A DNA stretch of 64,000 nt from Atractiella rhizophila (Eukaryota). The stretch covers positions 1 through 64,000 of the forward strand of contig MU271387.1 of assembly GCA_021432655.1 (NCBI GenBank), read 5' to 3'. The notes below the pieces were generated by a model, which saw nothing but the letters and a program-made list of their open reading frames with translations, ran no database searches and was not told the DNA's origin. This document shows, in pieces, positions 11,071-24,250 of the stretch (position 1 is the stretch's first letter; each line of letters starts with the position of its first letter). A program made the translations under genes and the position numbers.

Positions 11071-13227
11071 CTAAAAACTAGGCAATCCAGCATCAAAGTC
11101 CTCGCCTGCTGCCTGTCCATCAGCACCACCCTCAGTCCCTCCAGCTTCACCACTAGCAGCGAGCATAGCAGCGATTGCCTGATGCGAATACTCGCCTTCC
11201 ACATTGCCCTCCAACTGACCACCCAAATCCGTCTCCATTTCCATTTCCCTTCCCTCTCCGTCCAATCCCAACTCCAACTCCAACAAGCCATTATCCTCTC
11301 CCGCTCCGCCCTCCACGCCTCCAAGACCTAATCCCTCCAAATAATCGTTTGTACTTTTCCCCACCTCTCGCCTCGCGTTCCATTCGTCCTCCTCCTCATC
11401 CCCTCCTCCACCCCCTAACAACTCTTCAGGTACGACTGGCTGCGCCAGTAAACGTTCAATCTCAGCCAGGTTTGCAGCTTCCGTCGCAGCGTCCTCGAGG
11501 GAAGGCTGCTCCAGTTCACGAGCAAGGGATGAGCCGTAGGTGGACCAGGAGGCGTAAATCCGAGAAGCGAAGAGAGGACCGAAGAGGTTGGAGAGTCTGT
11601 GGAAGTCGGGGGTTTGAGAAGGGGAGGAAGGAGTCGGAGGCTGTTGGTGAGTCGAGTTTGGGAGCAAGGATCTTCGAAGAACATCCTGGTTTACATTCGG
11701 TTGAGGATCACAAAAGGGAAGGTGAGATGAAATGAGATAAAGACGTACGATAACGGTATCTACTAATCGTTCGCGCTCGTTGTCCTCTTCCCCTTCCCCT
11801 TCTCCATTCTGTTCGCTCTCGAGGACTGTCCCCAGTGCCACCAAGTTCTTTCCCATCCAATTCCGCACAACCTCCCTGCCCAGAGTCTCAATGCCAAGTA
11901 CTGCCCCCAATCTAGTCCCAAGATCTCCACTTGTTCCTTCCTCTCTCTCCATTGCTTCAGCTCCTCCAGTTGGAGCAACCAAGGCTCTGAGGAATGTCAG
12001 CAACAACCGGTTCTTTATGGTCGGATAGAGGGATCCATAGCGTGATAAGAGAGAGGACAGGAGTTGTGCGGCGTGTGTACGTAGATCGCGATGCGTGAAA
12101 CCGCCAACGAGGTTGGAGAGGGGAAGAGAGGAGGAGAGGAGTATGGAGAGGATTGACGGGAGCAGTTGGTGGATGTAAGGGTCTGCGGATAGAGTAGGGT
12201 TTTGGAGAAGGCCGCCTATGAGGGTCAGGATTTGATCAAGGACTGAGAGGTCGTCAAGAGAAGCTGTGACCTTTCCAGCCATAGATCCATCAACACGATA
12301 TTTTTGCTATTAAGGACTCTGGAATACCTCAGAAGCAAACCATCGACAGAAATATGGAACCAATTGTTGGAGCCCATTATCGTTCCTCAGGCTAGATAGA
12401 GCGGCCAGACGCTGCGCAGAGTCGCTGGAGAGAGCAGCGGTGGTGAAGCGGGAGAAGTAGAGCTGAAGCTCCTTCGAGAGGGTGTGCCGAACTAATGGGC
12501 GGACCGTCGTCGCTTGCTCCCGTAGGGCTGAGGTATATGTCGGTTGTGGATGAAGAGCCTTTATATCTGCGCTGCTGGGATTTTGGGGAATTGAGGGTTG
12601 CACACCTTCGATGGCGAGCCAATGAGCTGTTCGTCTGATGTAAGCTAATGGTAGATTGAGAGGATGGAATGACCTGTAAAGCTCACATCCCGTGGAATGT
12701 CGGGTAGCTTTCCCTTCAAGATTTTTGATAGATCTACCTCCTCATCATCGACAACATAAATGTTCCCGTTCGCCGTATTTATGCGCCTATAAGTGGTTGG
12801 CCTCAAACTATTGAAACCCCACAACGGCTGTCCCATTCCATGGCGCATTACCAACCAATACACAATGACAAGAGAAGAAGACAAAGCACACCTCTATGTT
12901 CCTTCCTTTGAGCGCATAATCCACATCCTCCGTTTTCAACTTAGTCCTCTTCGCATGCCGCATATACTTGAGCGATTCCTGCCTCACCCACATTCATGAG
13001 CACACACCCTTAGTTTCCGTGAAGACAGCACACCTCTATGAGCTCGAAAAGCCGGAATTCCACGTCGTCTGCTATCAGACGAAGGAGCTCTTGAGGCACG
13101 TTCTGAAGCCCCAGTGATTCCGCCGCGTCCTAAGCTCCAATAAGCCCGTTCTTTTTCAAGTTTGGAGGAAGAGACAACCTACCCTCACAGAGTCTTGCGG
13201 CCATAAACCTTCGTTCCTGAATGACAT
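11071..13227 (-). CDS. TAF6: TFIID/SAGA subunit TAF6
   Basis: Histone fold ESLKYMRHAKRTKLKTEDVDYAL, WLAIEGVQPSIPQNP, HTLSKELQLYF, GLQQLVPYF and PYIHQLLPSILS. Confidence 0.95.
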
Positions 13228-13436
13228 ATCGCTTTATATCCTCGAGACTCAAATTGTCGTTCCGTCGTTTGTTGATCATGTTTTAGGGTCAGGGACTTGG
13301 AGGTACCATCGACGACCGCGAGGAGGATTGTTGATTGCTGAAGGGATCAAGACTCACTCATATTTGTAAGTTGTTCTGGTTATGTATGCTTAGGACCGAT
13401 GGTTGATGGCTTCTTTGTTGGTGTAATCGCAGAACA

Positions 13437-15189
13437 ATGTCGACCTGGCTGTCGGATCGCCAAAAGGCTGAACTGTAGGTGGTCTGCTCATTGCAACGCG
13501 TTATTCTCGACTAATGCGTGCCCATGATAAAGAAACAAATCCGTACTCGACTATCTGTCGAATAATGGGTATGGCGAAAGTGCAGAGAGCTTTAAACGGG
13601 AATCCAACCAAGTTCGTATTCCTTATACATTGAAGGTGCAGGATTGAAGCAGGTTGGGAGCAGGAAGAGTTCGTTGCGGACCCAAATGCGAAATGGTCAG
13701 GCTTACTAGAAAAGAAATGGACGTCTGTGATCCGGTTACAGAAGAAGATCATGGATCTGGAGTCCAAAATCACGCTCCTGAACTCCGAGCTCGCCTCACG
13801 TCCAGCAGGCGGCGTTACCTCTGGCCCATCCTCGTCATCTTCGCAACTTCTCTTCCTGCCCCGTGCTCCTCCGCGCCATACACTCCTTGGACACCGTGCT
13901 CCCGTGACCAAGGTTGCTTTCCACCCAGTGTTCAATGTGATTGTCACTGCGAGCGAGGATGCGAGTATCAAGGTGTGGGACTGGGAGACCGGAGAGTTCG
14001 AGCGGACTATCAAGGGACATACGAAGAGTGTGAGCGATGTGGACTTTAACAGCGATGGGAAACTTCTCGGTGAGCTGTGCTGCCTCAGAGAAGGCATGAA
14101 TACGGCTGAAAGGACGGTGAACAGCATCCTGCTCCTCCGATCTATCAATCAAGATCTGGGACGTAACTGAAGACTACAAATGTATCAAGACTTTCCATCA
14201 CGATCACACTGTCTCTTCAGTCCGGTTTCTCCCTCCTCTTGATAGCGCCGTTGTCAGTGCGAGTCGGGACAAGACCATAAGGATCTGGGAGCTGTCGACA
14301 GGGTGCTGCTCTCCTAGTCTTTCTTGAGAGAGAAGTCATTTGATCCGTGAAATGCTGCAGTCATTGTATCAAGACCATTCAAGGACACGACGACTGGATC
14401 CGCTGTGTTGCGCCGTCGATAGATGGGAGTCGCATCGTTTCTTGCTCAAATGATCAGGTTCGTCCATCCGTCGCCAGCGTTCCAGCGCTCACCGATAATT
14501 AGACCGCGAAGATGTTCAGTTTACCAGGAGGGGAGAACCGGCTAGAGTTCCGCGGACACGACCATGTTATTGAAGTCTGCGTTTTCGCGCCTGCGAATTG
14601 CAATACTGCCATCCGAGAGCTTTCAGGTTTGGTACGCAATGTGTCATCAACCTATGGTCATTCTGATATCGTTCCTAGCCGGCAGTAAAGACGGCAAAGG
14701 AAATCCCAGCTTCCTTTGTCGCCACGGGCTCGCGTGACAAGACTATCAAACTTTGGGACACGACATCGGGCCAATGTCTATGGACCTTTGTACGTCTCCT
14801 TCATCGTATCTCTGTGCATAGTATTCATCTTCACGCAGAGCGGCCATAACAACTGGATTCGCGCGCTTGTGTTCCACCCTTCCGGACTTTACCTCCTTTC
14901 CTCCTCTGACGATAAAACGATCAAAATATGGGACCTCAAAACTGGTCGATGCACGAAAACCGTAGAAGCACACGATCACTTTGTCTCTTGTCTCACTTGG
15001 GGAAGAAGGAAATTGTCCCCAAAACCAGGAATTGATGGTGTGAACGGAGACACGGCAGCGGAAGAAGCCATGGTTAATGTCCTTGCCAGCGGTAGCGTGG
15101 ATCAGGTTCGTTTCTCCCCCTCGTGGCATCCAAGAAAGATTTTGATGTACCATTCGATGTCGCAGTCGGTTAAAATTTGGCTGCCATAA
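13437..15189 (+). CDS. PAC1: LIS1/NudF/Pac1 dynein regulator (LisH, coiled coil, WD40)
   Basis: [21 protein letters not shown] and [21 protein letters not shown], followed by WD40 repeats ([34 protein letters not shown]). Confidence 0.95.
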
Positions 15190-15741
15190 AACACGAATAT
15201 TATAAAGCAACTCGCTCGAATTTGGAGCGCCTTCGTTTCCTTCGGTGTATCAGTTGATTCGATAAAGTATGTCTGTACCTCTCCTCTTTCCTTCTGTACA
15301 GTAACAGTATCCTCATCGCCCATCAATACCCAGTTCTGACTCGGTTCCTTTGACATTACACCAGTTTTCCTTCCCTTGGCGTTTCGGATTCTTATTAATA
15401 CTCATTGAAGATTTGAAGGTAGAGATTTGCTTGATATACCTATAGCATTCGAGATAATCTGACAGCTTTGCTGAGAATCAATACTTTTGGATCCATTTAC
15501 TTGTATCCTACGAAGGGAGATGACTAGCATGCGTACATGAAAGACCTTTTCGCTCCAACTTGACCTCCAAGTCGAATCTAAGCACGACGTGAACTACATC
15601 TACCTAAAATGAAATGCCAGTGCGCGCAGTCGTACCACTTCCAGTTGATATACGACTCGAGACGCGATCTATTAGGAGCCATTCCGGGCCACTTTCCTTC
15701 TCTTCTCTGAGTACGATTCTTGAAAGGATAATAGCTACCCA

Positions 15742-16830
15742 ATGGCTCACAAGGCATGGGGGACCATTCTCACAGCGGACAGCTACGTCGTCGGCTGCTT
15801 GATCTTACACTACTCCCTCCAACGGGTCCACACAACCTATCCCCTCATCGTGCTCGCTACTTCCACCCTTTCCTCAAAAGCCAGAGAGAAAGTGAAAGCA
15901 AGGGGTATCGAGATCGTAGATATAGACCATTTCGAGCCTACACGAGCTCACACTTATGGCGTGGAGAGGTTTAGGGACACTTGGAACAAGTTGGCTGTCT
16001 TTCAGCTGGAGCAATTCGAGGTATGTATCTAATTGCTTTCTCCTATCGTCCATTGCTTCGTGCTTAGATGATTGCTGAAAGAAGGGTTGGCGTAGAGACT
16101 GATACTTCTCGATTGCGATATGCTGGTTAGATCGAACATGGATGAGCTGATGAACATCCCTTTAGAAGAAAACCAGATCGCGGCTTCCTATGCCTGTGCA
16201 TGCAACCCGCGACGTTTCCCTCACTACCCAAAAACCTGGTGGGTCCTCTCCTTCCCCTTCTCCTTCTCCAACAGCTTCTCCCGAAGTTGATTTGAACAAA
16301 CTACCACAGGATCCCTGCTAACTGTCCGCACACGCACTCCGAAATCGAGCTCTCTGGTTCTCCAAGACCACCGCCCATCCTCTCCCCCACGCCTCTAAAC
16401 TCAGGTCTCGTCGTCCTCCGTCCGTCGCGAAAGCTGTATCAGGACATAATTCGGTACATCGAGGAGGACGAGAAGGTTCCTTCTTTCGAGTTTCCGGATC
16501 AAGACGTGCTCGCTCACTTTTTCGGAGACGATAATATCGTGCGACTCAAATACGTCTACAATGCTATCAAGCCGATGAGATATGTGCATCCACGGCTGTG
16601 GAGGGATGAGGAGGTCAAGAATGTGCACTATATACTCAATAAAGTCAGTACTCCTTCCCTTTGAGGCAAGGTGATGGAAAAGTGATGCTGATCATAACCC
16701 TATGTAGCCATGGAATGGGAAGCTGAAAGAAGACGATTTGGATTTTCAAACTCATGAGTGGTGGTGGCAAGCATATGAGGAATTGAAGACGCAGGAAGGA
16801 GACGTGTTGGCGGAATTCAACAAGTCGTAA
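15742..16830 (+). CDS. Glycosyltransferase family 8 (glycogenin/galactinol-synthase-like)
   Basis: TWNKLAVFQLEQFE|RLILLDCDML (DxD), ACACNP, LNSGLVVLRPS, FPDQDVL, YNAIKPMR and VHYILNK|PW. Confidence 0.9.
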
Positions 16831-16942
16831 TTGTACTGACATAGAACAGAGTGTATTGGGCAAATATCAACATCGCAGAACGTCAAAGGTGGGATAAGAC
16901 TGATTAGGAGTACAACACACATCTGCACGACAGGTCAAACAA

Positions 16943-17609
16943 TCAAGCGTTCTTCTCCCGCTCCAACCTCTCTTTCTCTTCTGCTTCAGCGTCATACACT
17001 CTTAATTGCTTCACGAAATCCTTGTAATGAAAAGTCCCTTTCTTATCCGTGAACGGTGGTCCCAGTAAACGATCCACCTTGTTCGCACAAAGCAAATATT
17101 AAAGCTCAACGGTGGCCCCATGACAAGAAGAAAGAGAACACACCTCTTCCTCCGTCATCCGATCCCCATACTCCAACAACCAACCCCTGAGTTCCTTTCC
17201 GCTCACAGATCCCTCATCCTTCTCATCAAAGCTCGCGAAACGCCTCCACCATCTCTTCCTCCGTATCCAACTCGAGCAAATGCGTCCCAAACATGCTCAA
17301 GAACTGCGTGAAATTGATGCTCTGCACACTGGGGTCCGGAAAATAAGCCCTGAGTTGTTGTTGGGTTGGCGGCGCTCCCATGTTTGTGAGGAGGGTCTGG
17401 ACGTCGGAAGGGGTGATGGACGCGTTGGAGTCGGTGTCCATCATGTTGAATGCCTCTTTGAACTGCTGAATCTGCCCGGGATCGAACATGGCGAAGACGT
17501 TCTGGGAGGAGGTGCGCGGATGGCGGCCTTGCTGGTGCGCTGGCAGGGACGAGGGACGGCCGCGACCTAAGGAGGACCCGTGTCCGGGAGAGAGAGAAGA
17601 GAGTGACAT
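16943..17609 (-). CDS. RLC1: Myosin regulatory light chain (EF-hand), with an apparent 1-bp frameshift at ~17238-17240
   Basis: RTSSQNVFAMFDPGQIQQFKEAFNMMDTD and INFTQFLSMFG. FASFDEKDEG...GDRMTEEEV|DRLL continues in a shifted frame. Confidence 0.85.
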
Positions 17610-18403
17610 ATTGTGTTTATCGTTGCAGGAGGGTGCGGCACTGAGCAAGAACTGTTCGTGTGGATTTGTTGGACCTCTAGGCGATGTTTGGTGTTCTTCC
17701 CTGCGGCAATAGCAATACCTTCCCGCTCTTTCAGTTCAGCGTCTCAATGATATCCACAAGGCTAATAAGGTCCAGTCTCAGGCTCATGAAGCTTTGTTAA
17801 GGCCTTCCAGTGCAGTAGCTGGTATTTAGATTGAGCTTTAAAGGGGTGATGGGAACACTTGAATGCTGAGGTTAGTTTTCTTGAGAATGTGGCAGAGGGA
17901 AGTGGACTAGGAGTATGGGCCAGTGTGGAAGACAGGTATAATTTACGTTGCTGTCTTGCTGAATGCACCAAAAGAAGTAAAAGAGATTGTGCATCAATGG
18001 TGCAAACTCCGATTCCTCTCTTATCGTGCTTGTCTGCCAATTTTCTTCGATGAGGACCTGCTACGAATTTCAGTTCGCTCTGCAGTATAAAGTACTATGT
18101 TGTAACCACAAAGTCAAGAAACATGCTGAACTTCGACATGAATATTTCACTTTCAATTTGACCTCAACAACACCAGTCGTCGAACGACATGTGCACCAAT
18201 AATCCATCAATTCGTGAATAAAACTATGCAAGGATCTGGGCCAGATTCACCAAATTTATGTACGGTGTTCAACATCGTAGCTTCTACACTATAAAAGTTG
18301 CGTTTCTATGATCATGCATAGATATTCCTTTGGCGGTAACCATGGCTTCTTTATCTAGCTTTCCTTCTGTTCCCTCTCTTCGATTCCAGTTTCGGTAGGC
18401 TCA

Positions 18404-19489
18404 TCAAACGCCAAGCTCGGTTGTCCAGTTTGGTATGACCCCGTCTTTCAATTTGCTTAAACAGCCATGCAACGCTGCCAGCCAAACCTATGTTCAATCC
18501 CTCAGAATCGATTGAACTTTTGTGTCAAACCCACATTGTAAAGTCCATACGAGAGCATTTCCCTCTTCGGTTCCCGCACAAGGAGATATCTCAGGCTTGT
18601 GATGGCGCCGAACGCTATCGTGAGCCAAACCAAGACTTCATGGGCATCGGAAATGAGAATTGCGCCGGTAGAGGCTAGCGAGAGAATAATGGGGATGCTC
18701 ATTCGGGCAGCGCGGGGAAAGACTATTGGCAAGGTCTTGCGTCCCGCTGCTGCATCCCCAATCACGTCTGGCAAATCTTGAACATGGATACTAGTCAGAA
18801 GGACTAGCCCTGCAGGCTCTTCAGTCATGCGTGGAGTTGTTCCGAAAAGAAATACGAGCCTGAAAAGACTACGCTGAAGATCTGTTGCCCTGTCAAGGTC
18901 TTCTGGGCTGTAGATGCTATCAGAAGCTGATACTTCGCCCAGACTCAAAGACGCACATGACACTGCTATGCAGCCGATTTCCATTCCAGGAAAAGTGGCA
19001 GCAGCGAGGAAGTTCTTACTCCAAAACTGACTGCTGAGCTCCAAGTCGTTATGCACAAAGACGATGATACTGAGGGCCATAGATGCGTATACCGTCAATC
19101 TTCCGCCGAGGATGTAAGACTGGACTAGATTCAGGACCGGCATGAACCATCGAAGTCGTTTTGCCATCTTCAAGGTGATCAGTCCAGCAGGGATTGGACG
19201 ATAGGACTTGTTCAGCACATCCTCAATGAGTGCATTTCCTTTCTCGACCTTAGCCGTGAATATATGAATGTTTGAAACAGAATCGCTCACCTGAAGTTTG
19301 GTTAGCGAGACTCCATTCGATCAAAAGGAGGTAGAGCCAAAGAGCTGAAGCTGCAAACCTCGCGAAACCATGCCAAGCCACCGCGATGGTGAAGGCAAGA
19401 ACGGGAAGCATCACCGTCTTGAAATCAGAGTGCGTCAAGTAGTACAATGTTTTCCCGCCGCGCAAGACTCTGGAAAGGATGTCTGACAT
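18404..19489 (-). CDS. UbiA-superfamily integral membrane enzyme, fungal terpene-cyclase/DGGGPS-like clade
   Basis: Spliced motif 1 NQTSG|NALIEDVLNKSYRPIPAG, HND, motif 2 IHVQDLPDVIGDAAAGRKTLPIV, C-terminal SYGLYN|VWL, and multiple hydrophobic helices. Confidence 0.88.
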
Positions 19490-20061
19490 TATGCTGACAA
19501 CAAAGCAATCAGGGACTCGTCGATTTGTTGGCAGCATTGGCACAGCTTCACCAGTATTGCTTTTAAAGCCTCATCATATCCCTCCCACGCCTTCACACCA
19601 CCTGAAGCCGTAGTTCCGCTGCAGCGTCAGATACAGGAAGGTGGAAACAATCGGCTAAATTGCATAAGGAGGGCTGGACTTCCAGAAGTTCGTAGCCATA
19701 CAGTGTTGCCTTCTTTGTACTGATTTCTCATCTAGCCGATGTACAAATTAAAATGACTGTCATAATTGGTGTGCACACGAGAGCTGAATCTAGGAATATT
19801 CTTGTTCCTTCCTTGTTGCAACGAGCTACGCAACGAGCTACGGTCTTCCATGGACCAGCTGACAGAACACCACGATTTTTGACCACGGAAATCGAAACAT
19901 GGAACGTTTCTTTGCCGGCAGCGACGCCTCGATTTTGGCCTCTGCAGCAAGTATCAAACTCAGGTCGTCCTCAACACATCGTTGACACCTGGCGAGTACA
20001 GTCGCGGCTAATGCGGTACTCTAACGTGTTGCAGGTTACCTTCAATTCTATTCAACATTGT

Positions 20062-22245
20062 TCATGCAAATCTTTTCTTAATGTATACATCCAATTTAGG
20101 ATTAGACATAGTAAGGAAGTCCTTACTGCTCTTCAGAAACATTGCATCGTCGAAATTTTCAGGTAATTTGAATTCGAATCGTTTAAGCAATACGACGATG
20201 ACCATTTTCATCTCCTCCATGGCCAAACTCTTGCCAATGCAAGAATAGGCTCCTGAAAGATCTTCTTCAGCCCTCATTTCTATTGAAATGCGAAACCTAC
20301 CATTGTTAAAAGGGGTGGAAGCTTTGGTATCCAACTTTTCGTTGGTTGGGCGTGACGCCAGCCATCGTTCTGGTCGAAATTCGTGTGGGCGATCGAAGTA
20401 ACGCTCGTCTCTTGATACGGAATAGAAAGGAACCGAAACGGTTGTTCCAACTGGTATCACTCGCCCATCAATCACGAGCGGAGTGTTTATGATTTCCCGA
20501 GGGAGTCCTGAGCAGACAGTAGGGTTGAGGCGGAGCGCCTCATTGATTACTGCCGTAAGGAGAGGGAAACTTTCTATGTTCGAAGTGAGATGGTGAAAGA
20601 TGAAAATAGATAAGACACACGAAGCTTCTGTAAAGAAAGGTCGTCTATGTCATCATCTTGAAATACATTATCGATTTCGGACTGTAACCTGGCAAGCCAA
20701 TTGTGACGAAGAAGTGTGTAGAATATGTAAGTCAACGAAATTGCGGTTGTCTCTCCACCTGGCGCAACCATATGGGTACTATTTGAACCGAGATGTGACG
20801 CTTACCAGCAATGATCGCCAACGCAGCATCGTCATAAAGGGCAAACTTGCTTATCCTCTTCTGCCCTTTCTGTCCTTCGTTTTCTTCATCTAACTGGTAA
20901 CATCATGTTAACGTTTGACGGGTAGTAAGTGCAAATGTACCAGAAAATAGTAAAGATCTTGGAATGACTCTGCATTCTTCCTGGTTCTCGCCTTCACACA
21001 AGCTTCAGCGGTCCTTCTGATTCGAGGCTGGACAAAGGACTGCGGAAAGAGGAAGAAAAGCGGCAAGATCCACTGGATGTGCCCCAGCGGTTTAACAAAG
21101 CCGAGGAGAAAGTCGATCTCATCTAGATACCTTTGCTTGTCTTCACCATCCTGCATGAGAGTGAAGCCGCCTGAAAAAGAAAGCTCTCTGTTTGGATTGT
21201 TGATTGTCTGCAACACTGAGAAAGGGCGGCGTACCCCATCAAATCGACCTACACGGCAATTAGTCGTCTGAGCGAAGAAAGGAATGAGAAAGTACCTGAA
21301 AAAAGCTGAACCAACGCGACAGATTGAGCATCCCATCTCTTCGTTCCAGATTGTAAACGAGTTCTGCGAGCTTACAGCGAAGAATAGGGCGAAATCTCGC
21401 CAGTCTGTCCACAGTCAGGTGAGAACTGAGACGAGCAGGTAGGAGGCGTACCCCTCCGCGGTAAACAAACGTTCCCATATTCGTCGACGTTCTGAGTGCT
21501 CGCTACGGTTGCGTATGCCCAAAAGGCCTGTAACTCAACTGAGCCTCCAAGCAGGAAAACATTAATAGGCATACTCTTGACTCCAGGATGCTTCACGTCG
21601 TCCAGAGCGTCATACCTGTTATTTACCATTCCGTCAGCTCGAGTCTGTTCTGGTATCGGACAACTTACCAATGGCCACGAATCACGTTGGACCTGTGGGA
21701 ATAAATCTCCTTCAAGGCTTCTACATTGCGAACAGAAAGGTGATTTGGTCCTATCTCAAGTTCTTCTGGTCAGCTTAATACATCATGTCAGAGGAAAACT
21801 ATTACCGATTCTCACCCAGTCGCCGTATTTCTCGTGAGCTTTCTGCATTTCCCATTTTTCCGTTCCCTTGACAGCCATGGGCAGATACCACCACATGTTC
21901 ATCCTTGCTGCTACTGGTCCAGGGAAGCAATATAGAGGGTGGAAAGGAGAGATGCGATAAAGCAGCAGTGCTGAATAAATGGCGCATAAGTAAATCAGAT
22001 ACGCTGGCCAGAAAGTGTTCGGTAGAGGGAAAACAGAATGATTGGTGACGGTGTTGATGTTTCGTGTTATGACAGGCCATAAAATGGGGACAGAGCGATA
22101 ATACGGTGGCGAGAGATACACATACTGAGAGAGCGAGATGAGTAGCCGAGTCTGAGTATAGAATCCTTCTTACTCCACAAGCCAAAAAGAAGCAGATCCC
22201 TGCTAAAGCTCTCTCCCAAGCAACACTGGACAACAATGCGTCCAT
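20062..22245 (-). CDS. Cytochrome P450 (CYP5035-like), intact
   Basis: YRISPFHPLYCFPGP, KYGDWVRIG|PNHLS, DLMG|ELSFSGGFTLMQDG, I-helix AIIAG|GETT, NEALRL (ExxR), PERW and heme motif PFNNG|AYSCIGK. Exons join in frame by eye. Confidence 0.93.
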
Positions 22246-23914
22246 AATATCCCCTTTCTTCACAGTTGTTCGGGGGTGTCTAGGATGTTATTTATAAGTG
22301 CCAGCATACTTCGCTCTGGTTCAGCACTGCAAGCCGGCAAAATAATGGTGAAATAGCTGAAGGAGACATACTGCCTTCGCAAAATTCCGCTGAGGGCATC
22401 CTACCTGTTCCAGTTTCCGCAAATCAAAATGAAGACATGATTGCACTAGGCAGCCTAGTCGTGTACAAGCAGTATGTGGCAAAGCCAGCCATGTGTCCGC
22501 AACTTGGAGTGGATATCGGCTTTGGTGAGACCGTTATATAAATGCTGCAAAATGGGCTACTGCTACTTTGTTGATGACATTTGTGAATAGCACCATGCTT
22601 TAGACAGCTTCCAATTGGAAACCATACCCCTCGTACTTGAGTATTTGCCCAATCTCTCTACAATTACGAGGTGAGGCATAGGCATGGTTGTGTGTGATTG
22701 TTACGTGTTGTCATTGCTGATTTGAAACGTGGATGGGAGTGACCAAGGTTAGGTTCGACCGCCGAAGAATGACTCTCGTGGGAGCCTAAGAAAAAGGGGG
22801 AGAGGCGATGTGGTGAAGTTACATCATGTGAGTTGCATAGAGCTCGAGGCGATGGCAATTGTAGACTCACGTCGCGATTGTGACGCTAACCTGCCCACCG
22901 CCAGTGATTATTTGTGATTGAGTGCTTTGCTTGTGACAACAGTTCTCTAGCTTCGTCTTCAGGGGTTTGGTCTCATGCTGATTCGGAGTGAAATCTTAGG
23001 CACCTGTTCATAGTACACCCCTTCGCTTCGAGGCCAAACGCAAAAAAGATTGTGTGCCCAAATTAGAGAAGCCAACAAAGCTTTGCAGTCACCAAAGGTC
23101 ATGTGTAATGGGGTCTGTTGTTACAACTCCCTTTGTAGCCACTTACATGCATACCTTTGGTTCTTAGCACAAATGTAGTATGGCGGATGGTTTCGATTGC
23201 GTAAAATTCGTGGTTTGAGCAACCAGCATGCTCAACCATGTCATCGAACTACATTCGGTATTCATGATCTGAATCCCTCAACAGCACACCTCGACCGAGA
23301 ATAGCAATACGGTCTCTTCTGGGATGGTATCAAGGCCCAATGGACAATCGACAGGGATCCATCTTCCTGAGCGCCCCGACTTGGAGGCTCGCAATGCGAC
23401 GTCGATGCAGCAGGCCAGTGAGAAACCGGATGAGGTTGTCCTCGACCAGCGCCGCGTCCCGCACGAACACTCCATATGTGTCAGCGAAGAAGAACGGAGT
23501 GGGGAATGCTGGGGTTAACTCACAACGAGTCCCTTTCGCCAAGGCATCAGCACGACTGTTTAGGCGGGAAGCACTATCCTATATTATCGGTAGACGCATT
23601 AGCCTTTAGCTTACCGGTCCCGCCCTTGCTACCTCTGAAACCTCGCATGAACTCTTTTGCTTGTGATCCATATGTGATCTATTATCATGTTGTTGTATGG
23701 CGTTGACGTCTCCGGAATTGTTTTCCAACTTTCTTTCTGTCTGGGGCTGACCGAATACGTCCTGTGAGATGCACTTTGGTGGTGCACCATGGGCGACTAA
23801 GTTTGCAATGCTTTTTATCCTCCATTTTAGAGGTTTGGCGCTGTATCGATAGAGGATAGAATATCTTTCCGATCTGGCCAGTCAGGCCAGCACTCCAATT
23901 TCTCCAAAAGGAGA

Positions 23915-24170
23915 ACATCACGTGACCACTCATATTGTCGGCGATCACTTTGTCTGCGTTCTTTCTTCTCCAATTTTCTTCCGGGATTTTCCATCCACCA
24001 AAGGCTTAAGCTTTAGGCTCTTATCGCTATAAAAAGCCTGAAAAGTGTCCAAATTCCACTTCATATTAATTCCCCGCAAGGCTAAGGCTTTGCTTCGACG
24101 AGGGCTAAACGAGTTTGCCAGCTAAATGAAACAGCTGAGGATGTCTCGTCCAGGCTTTCATAAAAGGACA
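23915..24170 (+). promoter_or_regulatory. Conserved promoter blocks of MFS copy 1
   Basis: ACATCACGTGA (23915-23925), TTAAGCTTTAGGCTCTT..ATAAAAAGCC, GGCTAAACGAGTTTGCCA and CATAAAAG are shared with the copy-2 upstream region. Confidence 0.6.
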
Positions 24171-24250
24171 GTCCAATCAGTCGCAGAGCGCTTTGCTCAA
24201 TTCGGTTTACAGTAATTGTGAGCCCTACGAAACAGACACAGAGATCGATT

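Noticed and set aside
19818..19841. 12-bp tandem repeat GCAACGAGCTAC x2 upstream of the UbiA gene
   Set aside because: Only two copies, consistent with ordinary slippage. No function can be supported.
19614..22392. Shared 8-mer TTCCGCTG about 125-147 bp upstream of both the UbiA and P450 ATGs (19614, 22385), a possible Zn2Cys6 site
   Set aside because: An 8-bp match between two promoters of this size is expected by chance. It was not seen in the MFS promoters, and no Zn2Cys6 gene lies in the cluster.
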